Of a stretch of 64,000 nucleotides of DNA, positions 13,798 to 25,700 are shown in pieces. The stretch comes from Lytechinus pictus (lineage: Eukaryota). A program made the position numbers and the translations under genes. The notes under the pieces are model-generated. The model worked only from the letters and a program-made list of their open reading frames with translations. It was not told the DNA's origin and did not search any database. Numbering within the stretch: the first letter of the stretch is position 1; each line of letters opens with the position of its first letter. The DNA lies in assembly GCF_037042905.1 (NCBI RefSeq), contig NC_087245.1, positions 26,970,001 through 27,034,000 on the forward strand, read 5' to 3'.

Positions 13798-16700
13798 AAA
13801 CAAAAGATAGTAATAGTAAACAAAGTCAATTGCCAACTCTGCCAGTCAAACTTATCAAGAAAATCATATAAGAACAACATCTTGAAAAACAAATCATTGC
13901 ATCTAGAAAAGAATATGTTAAAATAAAAGAAAATCATAATGAATATTTCAACAAAGAATATCATGGTAAACAATGGATGATATAATTTGGATGTTATTTT
14001 CGGCAATTGAACAAAAATTTTCAGTTTATTTCTTTACAACATATCACAGACACTGACAGGTATCTGACACTTTTGACTGTACAGCTCATTTTTTTTCCAC
14101 AGTCCAGAATTCCTTTAAACTGTGACTTTCAATTGTAATGGTATGACACATTGGTAAGATCCGTCCTTTTGTCCGGGCGTTTTGTTCAGAAAATTGTTCT
14201 GAAAGAACTAGAAATGATATTGGAAGATAATCAGGTATTCACCATTGTTATAAACCAATGACGATTACTTTATTTTGACTTACCCCAGAGTGGAGGACGT
14301 TCACATGTAGGAGAGGACAAAGAGAGCTAGTCTTTGAAGATCTTACCGAGAATGAGAAACTGGAATATGAAATGACAAGCTCTGCCGAATCTTTTTCCTT
14401 CAGTTTCTGTCGAAATAAAAATGGAAAGAACTGTCTTGAGATTGGTAAGAGATAAAGAAAAAAATATAGGCCTATATTCTTAAGAGTAAAAAAACAAAGC
14501 TTCTGAGAATCTACGCTTCTTATGTATCCCCTGTCTCCAAGAATATTCATTTCTTCCTCATTCCAGCTCATTGAACTTTTTTTTACTAGTCAATCATGAA
14601 TATGTTTCACAAGTGTCCAAAATCTAACATGTATATGATAATGTCAATGAAATACATGAACATTGTTCTATAACTTGTTTTTCATAGTGCCTTTACGAAA
14701 CTATTGTCGTGGTATTGCCTATAATTTCTCGTATTTCTTAATACTGTTTATTGAAAGGTTAAGAACTTAACGTATGTCACATTATAGAACGTACTATGGA
14801 TACTATACTTTGTCATTTTTCATTTCATTATTTTTGTTTTCGCTTTGGAGAGCTAGCCATATTAGGACATCTGTAAAGACACAAAAACTTGTATTTGCAC
14901 TTTACTTTTTTTTTACAGTACTAAGCTCTTCTGGTGAATCGACCATGAAATTTAATGGTGAAGATTTGTGCCTCCCCATTGGATCATTCTACGAAAAAGA
15001 GAAGAGGTTTTCCTTCACAATCATCTACACCCGGTATTGTCTGGTTGTCAGGAACGTTTTATCAGGGGTTGAACTTGCTGCATCGGTCGAGAGTGATGAA
15101 TTGAGTGGTTTCAACTACTGCTATGCCACTTCCAATGGTGGAGGAGATTCTTCGCTACAGATTAAGGAGCTTGAATGTAAGTTGAGCCACTACACAAAAA
15201 TCCCTGTTGGAAAAAGAAACTACCACAGTGTGTTCACAGTGTGGTTGCATTATGTTCACGTTGCATTCGCAGTGAGTTCACATAGTGTTCCCAGTGTGTT
15301 CACAGTGTGTTCACAGTGTATTCACTCTGTATTCGCAGTGTGTTCACAGTGTATTGGCAGTGAGTTCGCATTTCGTTCGCAGTGTTTTCACAGTGTATTC
15401 ACTCTGCATCCGAAGTGTGTTCACAGTGTATTCGCAGTGAGTTCAAATTGTGTTCACGGCATATTCACTCTGTATTCGCAGTGTTTTCACAGGGTGTTCA
15501 CATTGTATTCGCATTGTGTTCACAGTGTGTTTGCACTCTATTCACAGTTTGTTCGAATAATACATGTAAGTGGACAATGCGGAGATGTAATTCACACTGT
15601 TGAATAATATTGTGTTCCACACTGTAAACACACTGTGAGCACACAGTGTTCTGCTCAGTAGGGATATAGGAAACGTAATATATTACTTCACCTCGATCAC
15701 AGGACCGTTCCGTAAAGAGATCCAACTATGGCAACTTTGCCAGTATTGTATCTACCATGGAAACCTCGATTTCAAAGTTACCATAGTAAGTCTTTATGGA
15801 ACGATCCCTACATGTCTTTTCTAAACTTTTCACAGCTAAACCTGAAAATCCCGTTGTTCAAAAGAAAATCAAAGAAATAGTTTCTGTTTCTGTCTGAAAA
15901 GGGGGAAGGGTGAGTGACCTGTTGGGTCATGCTGAATAGCTTTAACTTGTTAAATATTATGGACCCGATTTATTTGGCTTACCATCATGCATAGATTATT
16001 CTTTAGTTGCTTATTTTGACTTCAGTGTACCTTGTCTGGTAATTATTCATGATCTGACTATCATTGAACATCTTTCCTATTTTACACTTTGCGCCATAAG
16101 GTAATTATGATTCATGCGCATTAGTTTGATTTGATTTGATTTATTGTTTTCTTCTGCATTCATAACATTCGTATACAATACAATTTTCATTACGTAACAA
16201 ACATAATATATCGGTAATTGATTTGGTATGAATCATAAAGAAAAAAAAATAAAAAGGTCATTCTAAACAAATATGATCTACTACCGACAAAGAAAATAAC
16301 ATTTACAGTTTGCAGGAGAAGGATTAGCATTATAAGCAGATTGTTTGAAAAAAAATGACAACCCCGGTTTAGTTTGGTAAGTAAAAGGTAGTATAAAATA
16401 CGCTTTAAAGTCTCATATAGAAGGTGTTATTTCGCTGATATCAAAAGGGTATATTTTTATTTAACTAGATCGTTGTAATACACAAACATATCTGTATTAT
16501 CTATAATAAACAAACATATCTGTATTATTTATAATACACAAACATATCTTTATTATTTATATATGTATGTATATACTGAAAAAACCATTGACCATGTTTG
16601 CAATCACATTAAATCATTTATGACATCCAGCCCTAATCATAGTGTTCACTTTATCCCTTTCCAATGTTTAAGTTTCCGGAACTGAGATCTCGACGTTTAT

Positions 16701-19700
16701 AGGACGGTATAGAGGTAAAGGACGTGGAGGCGGTAAGTTTTCATGATTCATTCAACAGACTAAGAAAATCATTAAAAAAATTAAACAATATTTACTGAGT
16801 AAGTAAAATCTAATGATTAAGCTTGACATCAGCATTAAACTATAATATATATCCAGTAAAAGCATCCTCTCCTAAATAATTTGATACCATATTTTGTGAG
16901 ATATATTTGCACTTAGTTTCGATCCCTTTTCAATAAGATTGTGATGGAAAATTTTCAATGAAAATCATGAAGTATCAACTATAATGTTAATTCATACTCC
17001 AATTACATTGTTCCCTTGATTTTACAGCAACTCTTATAGAGTTCCAAAGTGATGTCACATAAACTTATTTTGCATTTCAGCGTTTTTTATACCATATTTT
17101 GTTAGAGCATGATGACAAACATTTAGAACCAGGTCATAGACTTTCAATGGAGCTAATTATGTATTCATGAGGTTATATCTACGGCCACCAAGGGACCGAT
17201 TCCCAACCAAATTTGGGTTTAAGGAGGTATTTCATCATGCAACCAATGATGTGACTTAAAGCGCTTTCTCTGAAGTTTAAAAAATGTCCGAATTTCACAC
17301 ACTTTTAGATTTAGATGCAATATTCTAAGAAGTATAGAATGCATATAACGTATCGCACATTTCAGGATGCAAAGGGGTGATTTCAGGTTTTCTTCAAATG
17401 CAAAACGCGCCCCCTTTTTATCTATCATAGAATTCAAGATTGTGCCCCAAAAGGAAATGTCACTGTTATTTATTTTGTGGTACATTATTATTAAGATAAA
17501 GAATCCCCATCAAATACATTTGTAACAAATCCACTTTTCATGATAACCATGGTTTGGAATTCAGTAAACCTTCAAATGCAAAGTTAGGGTTAATCTTTTT
17601 GTCAGCAATTATTTGAGAGGATGTTAGGTTACAAGCTCTGTGATGATATAGTTAGACCACCGAGTTCAAATATATTTGTGTAACAGGACGAGGCCAAGTC
17701 GAAGTTGGAAATACAGACGCTAGCAATGGACGAGGGAGTGGACGACGCGGCAAGAAAGGAGGAAAAGGTATATCATTTTATCTACATTTATCGTACTTCT
17801 ACGCATTTTTTAAAATGATCTGGCGGTATAACAAATGACCGTGAGAAAATAATGTAACTTAGAGGGAAATTCAAATTGGCACTCTGTTGGTTTAAATTGA
17901 AATAGAAAGTAAGACAAACACATCAACGTAACTTCATGTCAAGTTCATGAAATAATATTTGGATAGTGTTATAGTAAGAATAAGCTTATAGTTACTTCAA
18001 TTCATGTCGGTGATTGTTTTCTTATTAATTTGACAGGTTCTGATGAGAGTTCAGAAAGCAATGAGAATGGTGGCAAAGGAGGTAAAATATATAGTCTTTA
18101 TAATTTTGGGAATATTCATTGATAGATCACATTTAGACGTTATAATTAGTAATCCTATGGGAAAAATAGGTAACTTTGACTTATTTGATTTTATTGTGAA
18201 CATAAAAATCCGTTAGAAGTAAACATGGTGGAAGATGTAAATAACACGTGTTAAGCATAATCTGGTCTAATGAATTGCTTCGACTAAAGCGAACATTGGA
18301 TTTATGGAAGGTATGCGCCATTGTTAATGTTATTTATCCATGATAATTTGAAAGAACCAACTGCTGATTTAGCTTAGAAATATTACGAAAACAATTTTAT
18401 GGGACCGAATGGCGCGGCTGACCGTGGAATTGACCCAAATCAGAACAAATTAATAAGAAATACACTTGTAATTACAGGAGGCCAAGTTGGAAATGCAGAC
18501 GTTGCTTATGGACGACAGCGTGGAGGACGTGGCAAGAAAGGAAAAGGTAATATTGTGAATACGGAAAAGTTGAATTCATCTTAATCCACTCTGACTTTTG
18601 GATATTGAAGTAGACGTAGACGTAGTGCATTAGAATATTTTGAAGTCTTCCAATAACAATGGAAGTTAGCATACACATCGGGCTTATAAAGTTGGATTTA
18701 AATTGTATCAGAGTAAAACACACTGAAAGTTTGATTCGAAGTTGGTGAATGTGTTCATTATTTATTTAGATTCCAGTGGCAGTTCAGAAAGCAAAGAGAA
18801 CAGTGGCAAAGGAGGTAAGGTTTATTCCACATCTTATTCCTCGGAAAAATAATATCCATGCAGTAATGAGCAATATTGGTATTCGAGAATAAAGTATACC
18901 CCATGTATATCCATTAATATTTGTATATGACTTGATTTTGCTTAAAGCTTAGAAGAGACTTCGTAAATTTCATTTTGATGAAGGGCGTTTATTCTGTCAT
19001 GTCTGAATATTATAATAAAAGGTAGTACTCTGATTTTCAGATATTAAAGTAGATGTTGCAAACGAGAAAATAAGAGTTCTCGTGAATTGCTTGAATTGCA
19101 TTAGAGTAAAATACACAAACGTGATTTCGAGTCGGCGAATGTTCCCATTTTTGACAGATTCCGATAGCAGTTATAAGAAATATGGCAAATGAGGTAAAGT
19201 TAATTTATTGGGAATATTCCTCGAAAAATAAAATCCATGAAGTAATTAGTAATAATAGTATTCAAGATTAAAGCATTCATCGTGCATTCCAATTACAATT
19301 CAATTATGACATTACATTTAATTCATTTAAGTTAGTGAGAAAAATATCATGATTACAGGAGGCCAAGTCGAAGTTGGGAATGCAGAAGCTGCTTATGGAC
19401 GACAGCGTGGAGGACGTGGCAAGAAAGGAAAAGGTAATATTTTGTATACGGAAAAGTTGAATTCATCTTAATACACTCTGACTTTTTGATATTGGAGTAG
19501 ACGTAGCAAACAATCAATTGTGAGCTCTCTTGCATCTTGTATACCTAGTAGTGCGTCAGAAAATTTTGAAGTCTTCCAATAACATGATAACAATGAAAGT
19601 TAGCATACACGTCGGGCTTATAAAGTTGGATTAAAATTGTATCAGAATAAAATACACTCAAAGTTTGATTTGAAGTTGGTGAATGTTTTCATTATTTATA

Positions 19701-22700
19701 TAGATTCAAGTGATAGTTCAGAAAGCAAAGAGAAAAAAGGCAAAGGAGGTAAGGTTTAGTCTTCATCTGAGTTATTGGGGATATTCCGCAAAAAATAAAA
19801 TCCATCTTATAATGAGTAACATTGTTATTCGAGAATAAAGTACACCCCAGGTATACCCATTATTATTTATGTATGACTTGGTCTTAGACATTTCGTGAAT
19901 TTCATTTTGATGAGGGACGTTTATTCTGTCATGTCTGAATATTATAATAAAAGGTAGTACTCCGATTTACGGATATTAAAGTAGATGTTGCAAATGAGTA
20001 AATAAGAGTTCTCGTGAATCCCTTAAACGTAATAGTTGATCAAAAAAACCATAGACAGCAGAAAAGATATATAAGTCTTTGAATAGTCTTGACATTTAGC
20101 ACGTTACTTATAAAGTTGGATTTAAATTGTATTAGAGTAAAATACACTCAAACATGATTTCAAGTCGGTGAATGTTTCCATTTTTTGACAGATTCCGATA
20201 GCAGTTCAGGAAGCAGAGAGAACAATGGCAAAGGAAGTAAGGTCATGTCATTTATTGGGAATATTCCTCGAAAAAAATTTAATGTAGTAATTAGTAAAAT
20301 GGTATTCATGATCATGAATAAAGTATTCATCATGCACTCCAATTATAATTTAATTATGAAATTAGATTTAATCTATATAAGTTATTGAGACAAATATTTT
20401 TGAAAGTTGCTTATGGACGACAGCGAGGAGGACGTGGCAAGAAAGGAAAAGGTAATATACGGAAAAATTGTATTCATCTTTATACACCCTGACTTTTTGG
20501 ATATTGGAGTAGATGTAGCAAACAATCAATTGTGAGCTCTCTTTCATTATGTACACCTAGTAGTGGAGTGGAGCGTTGTGGCCCAGTGGATTAGTCTCCG
20601 GACTTTGAAACAGGGGGTCTGGTAGGAATTTATTCCTTGAAATGCCGAGCGCTGGAGAGGCTCCTTGAGCTACAGCCGGGGTAATAATATCCAATTCATT
20701 TGGAAGCGCATAGAGACGTTATTCATATGCGCTGTACAAGAACTGACTATTATTATTATTAGTAGTAGTAGTAGTGCATCGGAAAATTTTGAAGTCTTCC
20801 AATAACAATGAAAGTTACCATACACGTCGGGCTTATAAAGTTGGATTTAAATTTTATCAGAGTAAAACACACTCAAAGTTTGATTTGAAGTTGGTGAATG
20901 TTTTCGTTATTTATTTAGATTCCAGTGGCAGTTCAGAAAGCAAAGAGAACAGTGGCAAAGGAGGCAAGGTTTAGTCTTCATCTGAGTAATTGGGGATATT
21001 CCTCGAAAAATAATAACCATGCAGCAATGAGTAATACTGGTATTCGAGAATAAAGTACACCCCATGTATACCCATTATTATTTGATTATGACTTGATTTT
21101 GATTAAATCTTAGATGAGATTTCGTGAATTTTATTTTGATAAGAGACGTTTATTCTGTCATGTCTGAATTTTATAATAAAAGGTAGTACGCTGATTTTCG
21201 TTGCAAACGAGTTCTCGTGAATTCCTTGCACGTAATGGTATTAGGTCCCCAAAACATAGCAGAAAAGATTAACAAGTCTTCCAATAGTCTTGACATTTAG
21301 CACGTAACTTAAAGGACAAGTCCACCCCAACAAAAACTTGATTTGAATAAAAAGAGAAAAATTCAACAAGCATAACACTGAAAATTTCATCAAAATCGGA
21401 TGTAAAATAAGAAAGTCATGACATTTTAAAGTTTCGCTTCATTTCACAAAACAGTTATATGCACATCTCGGTCGGTATGCAAATGAGGGAACTGATGACA
21501 TCACTCACTCACTATTTCTTTTGTATTTTATTATATGAAATATGAAATATTTTGATTTTCTCGTCATTGTCATGTGAAATGAAGTTTCATTCCTCCCTGA
21601 ACACGTGGAATTCCATTATTTTAACATTTTGTGCTTCAGGCAAGGAGGTCCTAATCATCAAATTCGTAAAAATTGAAATATTGTATGATTAAAACAATAA
21701 AAAACAAAAGAAATAGTGAGTGAGTGACATCATCGACTCTCTCATTTGGATGTAACTGGCTCGTTCATATAACTATTTTGTTAAAAATAAGCGTAACTTT
21801 GAAATGTCATAACTTTCTTATTTTACATCCGATTTTGATGAAATTTTCAGCATTGTGCTTGTCTGATTTTTCTCTATTGATACAAATCAACATTTTTCTG
21901 AGGTGGACTTGACCTTTAATGCCAATCTAATCAAGTTGGATTTAAATTGTATTAACGTAAAATACACTTAAACATGATTTCACGTCGGTGAATGTTTCAA
22001 TTTTTTCACAGATTCCGATAGCAGTTCAGGAAGCAAAGAGAATAATGGCAAAGGAGGTAAGTTAATTTATTGGGAATATTCCTCAAAAAATAAAATAGGA
22101 ATCAGTAACAATGGTTATCAAGATTAAAGTATTCATCATGCATTCCAATTATACTTTGATTATGAAATAAGATATAATTTATTTAAGTTATTGAGATAAA
22201 TATTTTGAATCATGATGATTACAGGAGGCAAAGTCGAAGTTGGAAATGCAGAAGTTGATTTTGGACGACAGCGTGGAGGACGTGGCAAGAAAGGAAAAGG
22301 TAATACTGTGTATACGGGAAAGTTGAATTCATCTTAATCCACTCTGACTTTTGGATATTGGAGTAGACGTAGCAAACAATCAATTAAGAGCCCCCTGGCA
22401 TTCTGTACACCTAAATAGTGCATCATAAAGTTTTGAAGTCTTCTAATAACAATGAAAGTTAGCATACATGTCGGGCTTATAAAGTTGGATTTAAATTGTA
22501 TCGGAATAAAACACATTTAAACATGATTCGATGTTGGTGAAAGGAGGTGAGGTTTAGTCTACATCTGAGTTATTAGGGATATTCCTTAAAACTAATATCC
22601 ATGCAGTAATGAGTTATATTGGTATTCGAGAATAAAGTATACCCCATGTATACCCATTATTATTTGTGTATGACTTGATTTTGCTTAAATATTAGAAGAG

Positions 22701-25700
22701 ATTTCGTGAATATCATTTTGATAAAGGACGTTTACTCTGTCATGTCTGAATATTATAATAAAACGTAGTACTCCGATTTTCGGATATTAAAGTAGATGTT
22801 GCAAACGAGTAAATAAGAGTTCTCGTGAATTCCTTGCACGTAATGGTATTAGATCCCCAAAACATAGCAGAAAAGATTAACAAGTCTTCCAATAGTCTTG
22901 ACATTTAGCACGTAACTTAATGCCAATCTAATCAAGTTGGATTTAAAATTGAATTAGAGTAAAATACACTCAAACATGATTTCACGTCGGTGAATGTTTC
23001 CATTTTTTCACAGATTCCGATAGCAGTTCAGAAAGCAAAGAGAAAAATGGCAAAGGAGGTAAGGTTAATTTATTGAGAATATTCCTCGAAAAATAACATT
23101 CATGTAGTAATTAGTAATAATGGTATTCAAGATTAAAGTATTAATCATGCATTCCAATTCCAAACATGATTCGATGTTGGTGAAAGGAGGTGAGGTTTAG
23201 TCTACATCCGAGTTATTAGGGATATTCCTTAAAACTAATATCCATGCAGTAATGAGTAATTTTGGTATTCGAGAATGAAGTATACCCCATGTATACCCAT
23301 TATTTTTTGTGTATGACTTGATTTTGCTTAAAGCTTAGAAGAGATTTCATGAATTTCAATTTGATAAGGGACGTTTATTCTGTCATGTCTGAATATCATG
23401 ATAAAGTGTAGTATTCTGATTTTCGTATTCAAGTACTAGTAGATGTTGCAAACGAATAAATAAGAGTTCTCGTGAATTGCTTGCACGTAATGGTATTAGA
23501 TCCCTAAAACATAGCAGAAAAGATTAACAAATCTTCCAATAGTCTTGATATTTAGCACATAACGTAATGTCAAACTTTTAAAGTTAGATTTAAATTGTAA
23601 AAGAGTAAAATACACTCAAACACGAGTTCAAGTCGTTGAATGTTTTTTGTTGTTGATAGATTCCGATAGCAATTCAGGAAGCAAAGAGAATAATGGCAAA
23701 GGAGGTAAGTTAATTTATTGGGAATATTCCTCAAAAAATAAAATAGGAATCAGTAACAATGGTTATCAAGATTAAAGTATTCATCATGCATTCCACTTAT
23801 ACTTTGATTATGAAATAAGATATAATTTATTTAAGTTATTGAGATAAATATTTTGAATCATGATGATTACAGGAGGCAAAGTCGAAGTTGGAAATGCAGA
23901 AGTTGATTTTGGACGACAGCGTGGAGGACGTGGCAAGAAAGGAAAAGGTAATACTATGATGCAGCGGTAAATGCAAATAGCAAACGAAAAGGTCATTTTG
24001 ATTGGTCACTTGGTTTTTAATGAACAGTTCCGTGGTTACCGATTATAAATGTCAATATCTGGTAGTCATAAAATAACTAAACTTTGCCGCTTTAATTTTG
24101 TATCAATAGGTTCTAGTGAAAGCAGTTCAAAAAGCAGGGAGAAATCAGGAAGACGAGGTAAAATATTAATGTGATTAGCCTTTGTCGTTATTAAACACTC
24201 TTTTGCTGGTTTATTAGGCCTTTTCTTTCATAACCGTGATACAGTAATAACCTATAAGCCCGTTGGTTTTAAGGACATCTTATGTCGACCTTGCGATACA
24301 GGACAAGTCAGCTTGTTGAAAAGATGCCCTCACAAAATGTCAATGACATATATCAGGAATAATGCCGACCCAAGTGCTGAGCCTTGTGGCACCCTGAGAG
24401 CACACTGGAAAAGATGAGATCTGCCAGGAATCCTATGATCCAACCATGTTTTAGGCCCGTAATCCCATAATTCTCCACTTTGCCATGCAACTTCATGTGT
24501 TACACCTTGTCAAAAGGTAGATCTTTAGGCTTCTTATACGCTACTGCCTTAATGCCAATGTAAATCATGTAATTATCGAGTTAATTGTTGATTTTAGGGC
24601 CTTGCTGAAAACAAAGGCTGATTTTATAGGTATTTTTTTCTATGATTTTACTTCACAAAAGCTCAAACTAAGAAATCGTTTCTTTAGAGATGGTTTGAAT
24701 TTGAGTCTTACCAATAATTACATATTATTTTGTTGTGAAGGATGGCGTACTTTTCAATGTCGACGGGGCGAACGTGAACAGGTGCTTAGAGGGCTATCTG
24801 AGAACGGAGATCTGGAGTTTGAATTTGGCAGCACTGATTCCGAATCGATCAGGATCGAGTTTACCAGGAGCAAGAATGCCTTCGACGACAGTATCGTTAT
24901 TGGTAAGAAAGGGGAATATCATGATATTATCATCCAAAATGTTTATGAAATAAACCCTGATATTTTATTTTGCGCAAATCCTTTTCTCCGAAATGGTAGT
25001 ACAATTAAAGCACTTATTATATTCTGGTAAATCTACGGAGCATTAATTATCAAAGTTTGGAGTCACATATTTTGTATGATAAATCATATTTTTAGTGAAA
25101 TATTGAAGGAGAAACACCTGTCCCTTAGAAAATCATTTATAGACGTATTGGATCCTGAGCGGAGAGGAAAAGAAAGAAAAGGAGAGAGAAAGAGAGGTAT
25201 AAAATAAACTGATGTTTAATCGGATATTAAATTTCGAATATCATCTCCAACAGTTCTAAGTTCTTCTGGAGAATCATCCATCAGGCTTGGTGGACAGGAT
25301 TTGTGCGAGCCAATGCTGGGCTCATTTTACACACTTGGCTTGGAGTTTTCCTTCAGCATCAGATATGCATCAGGGAGACTCGTTGTCAGTAATGATAATA
25401 TTGAAGGAGCAGAAATGGTGGCAGTGATCGACGAGGATGTACTGGTCGGTTATAGGTTCTGTTATGCAACTGTAAATGGTGGATCGGACGTTACAACGTC
25501 GCTGAACGTCAAACAGATCGAATGTAAGTAAGCTTATTCACACCTTTGTATACTGGGGGATCGGTGGCAAAGGATTAAAAGAATTGTCACCCCCATAAAA
25601 AGGAGACTTTTGACATGTTAAACAAAAAATATATATATCCTATCAAACTATTCAAACTTTTGTTTTGCCCAATTACGAGTTTTCAGCATTGGCGGCGGAA

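Larger units (their letters stand above)
17640..23960 (+). repeat. Intragenic tandem segmental duplications of exon plus intron units (~0.7-1.0 kb each before TE insertions), 5-6 copies
   Basis: Intron blocks recur almost verbatim, e.g. cgtttattctgtcatgtctgaatattataataaaa near 18990, 19920, 21150, 22730 and 23370. Confidence 0.9.

Noticed and set aside
14774-15607. 277-aa ORF as a single gene
   Set aside because: Only 14919-15176 is exon. The rest is read-through into intron and an 11-bp tandem repeat.
17640-23960. CRISPR-like repeat-spacer array
   Set aside because: The repeats are exons with splice sites, the spacers are themselves homologous introns, there are no cas genes, and the context is eukaryotic.
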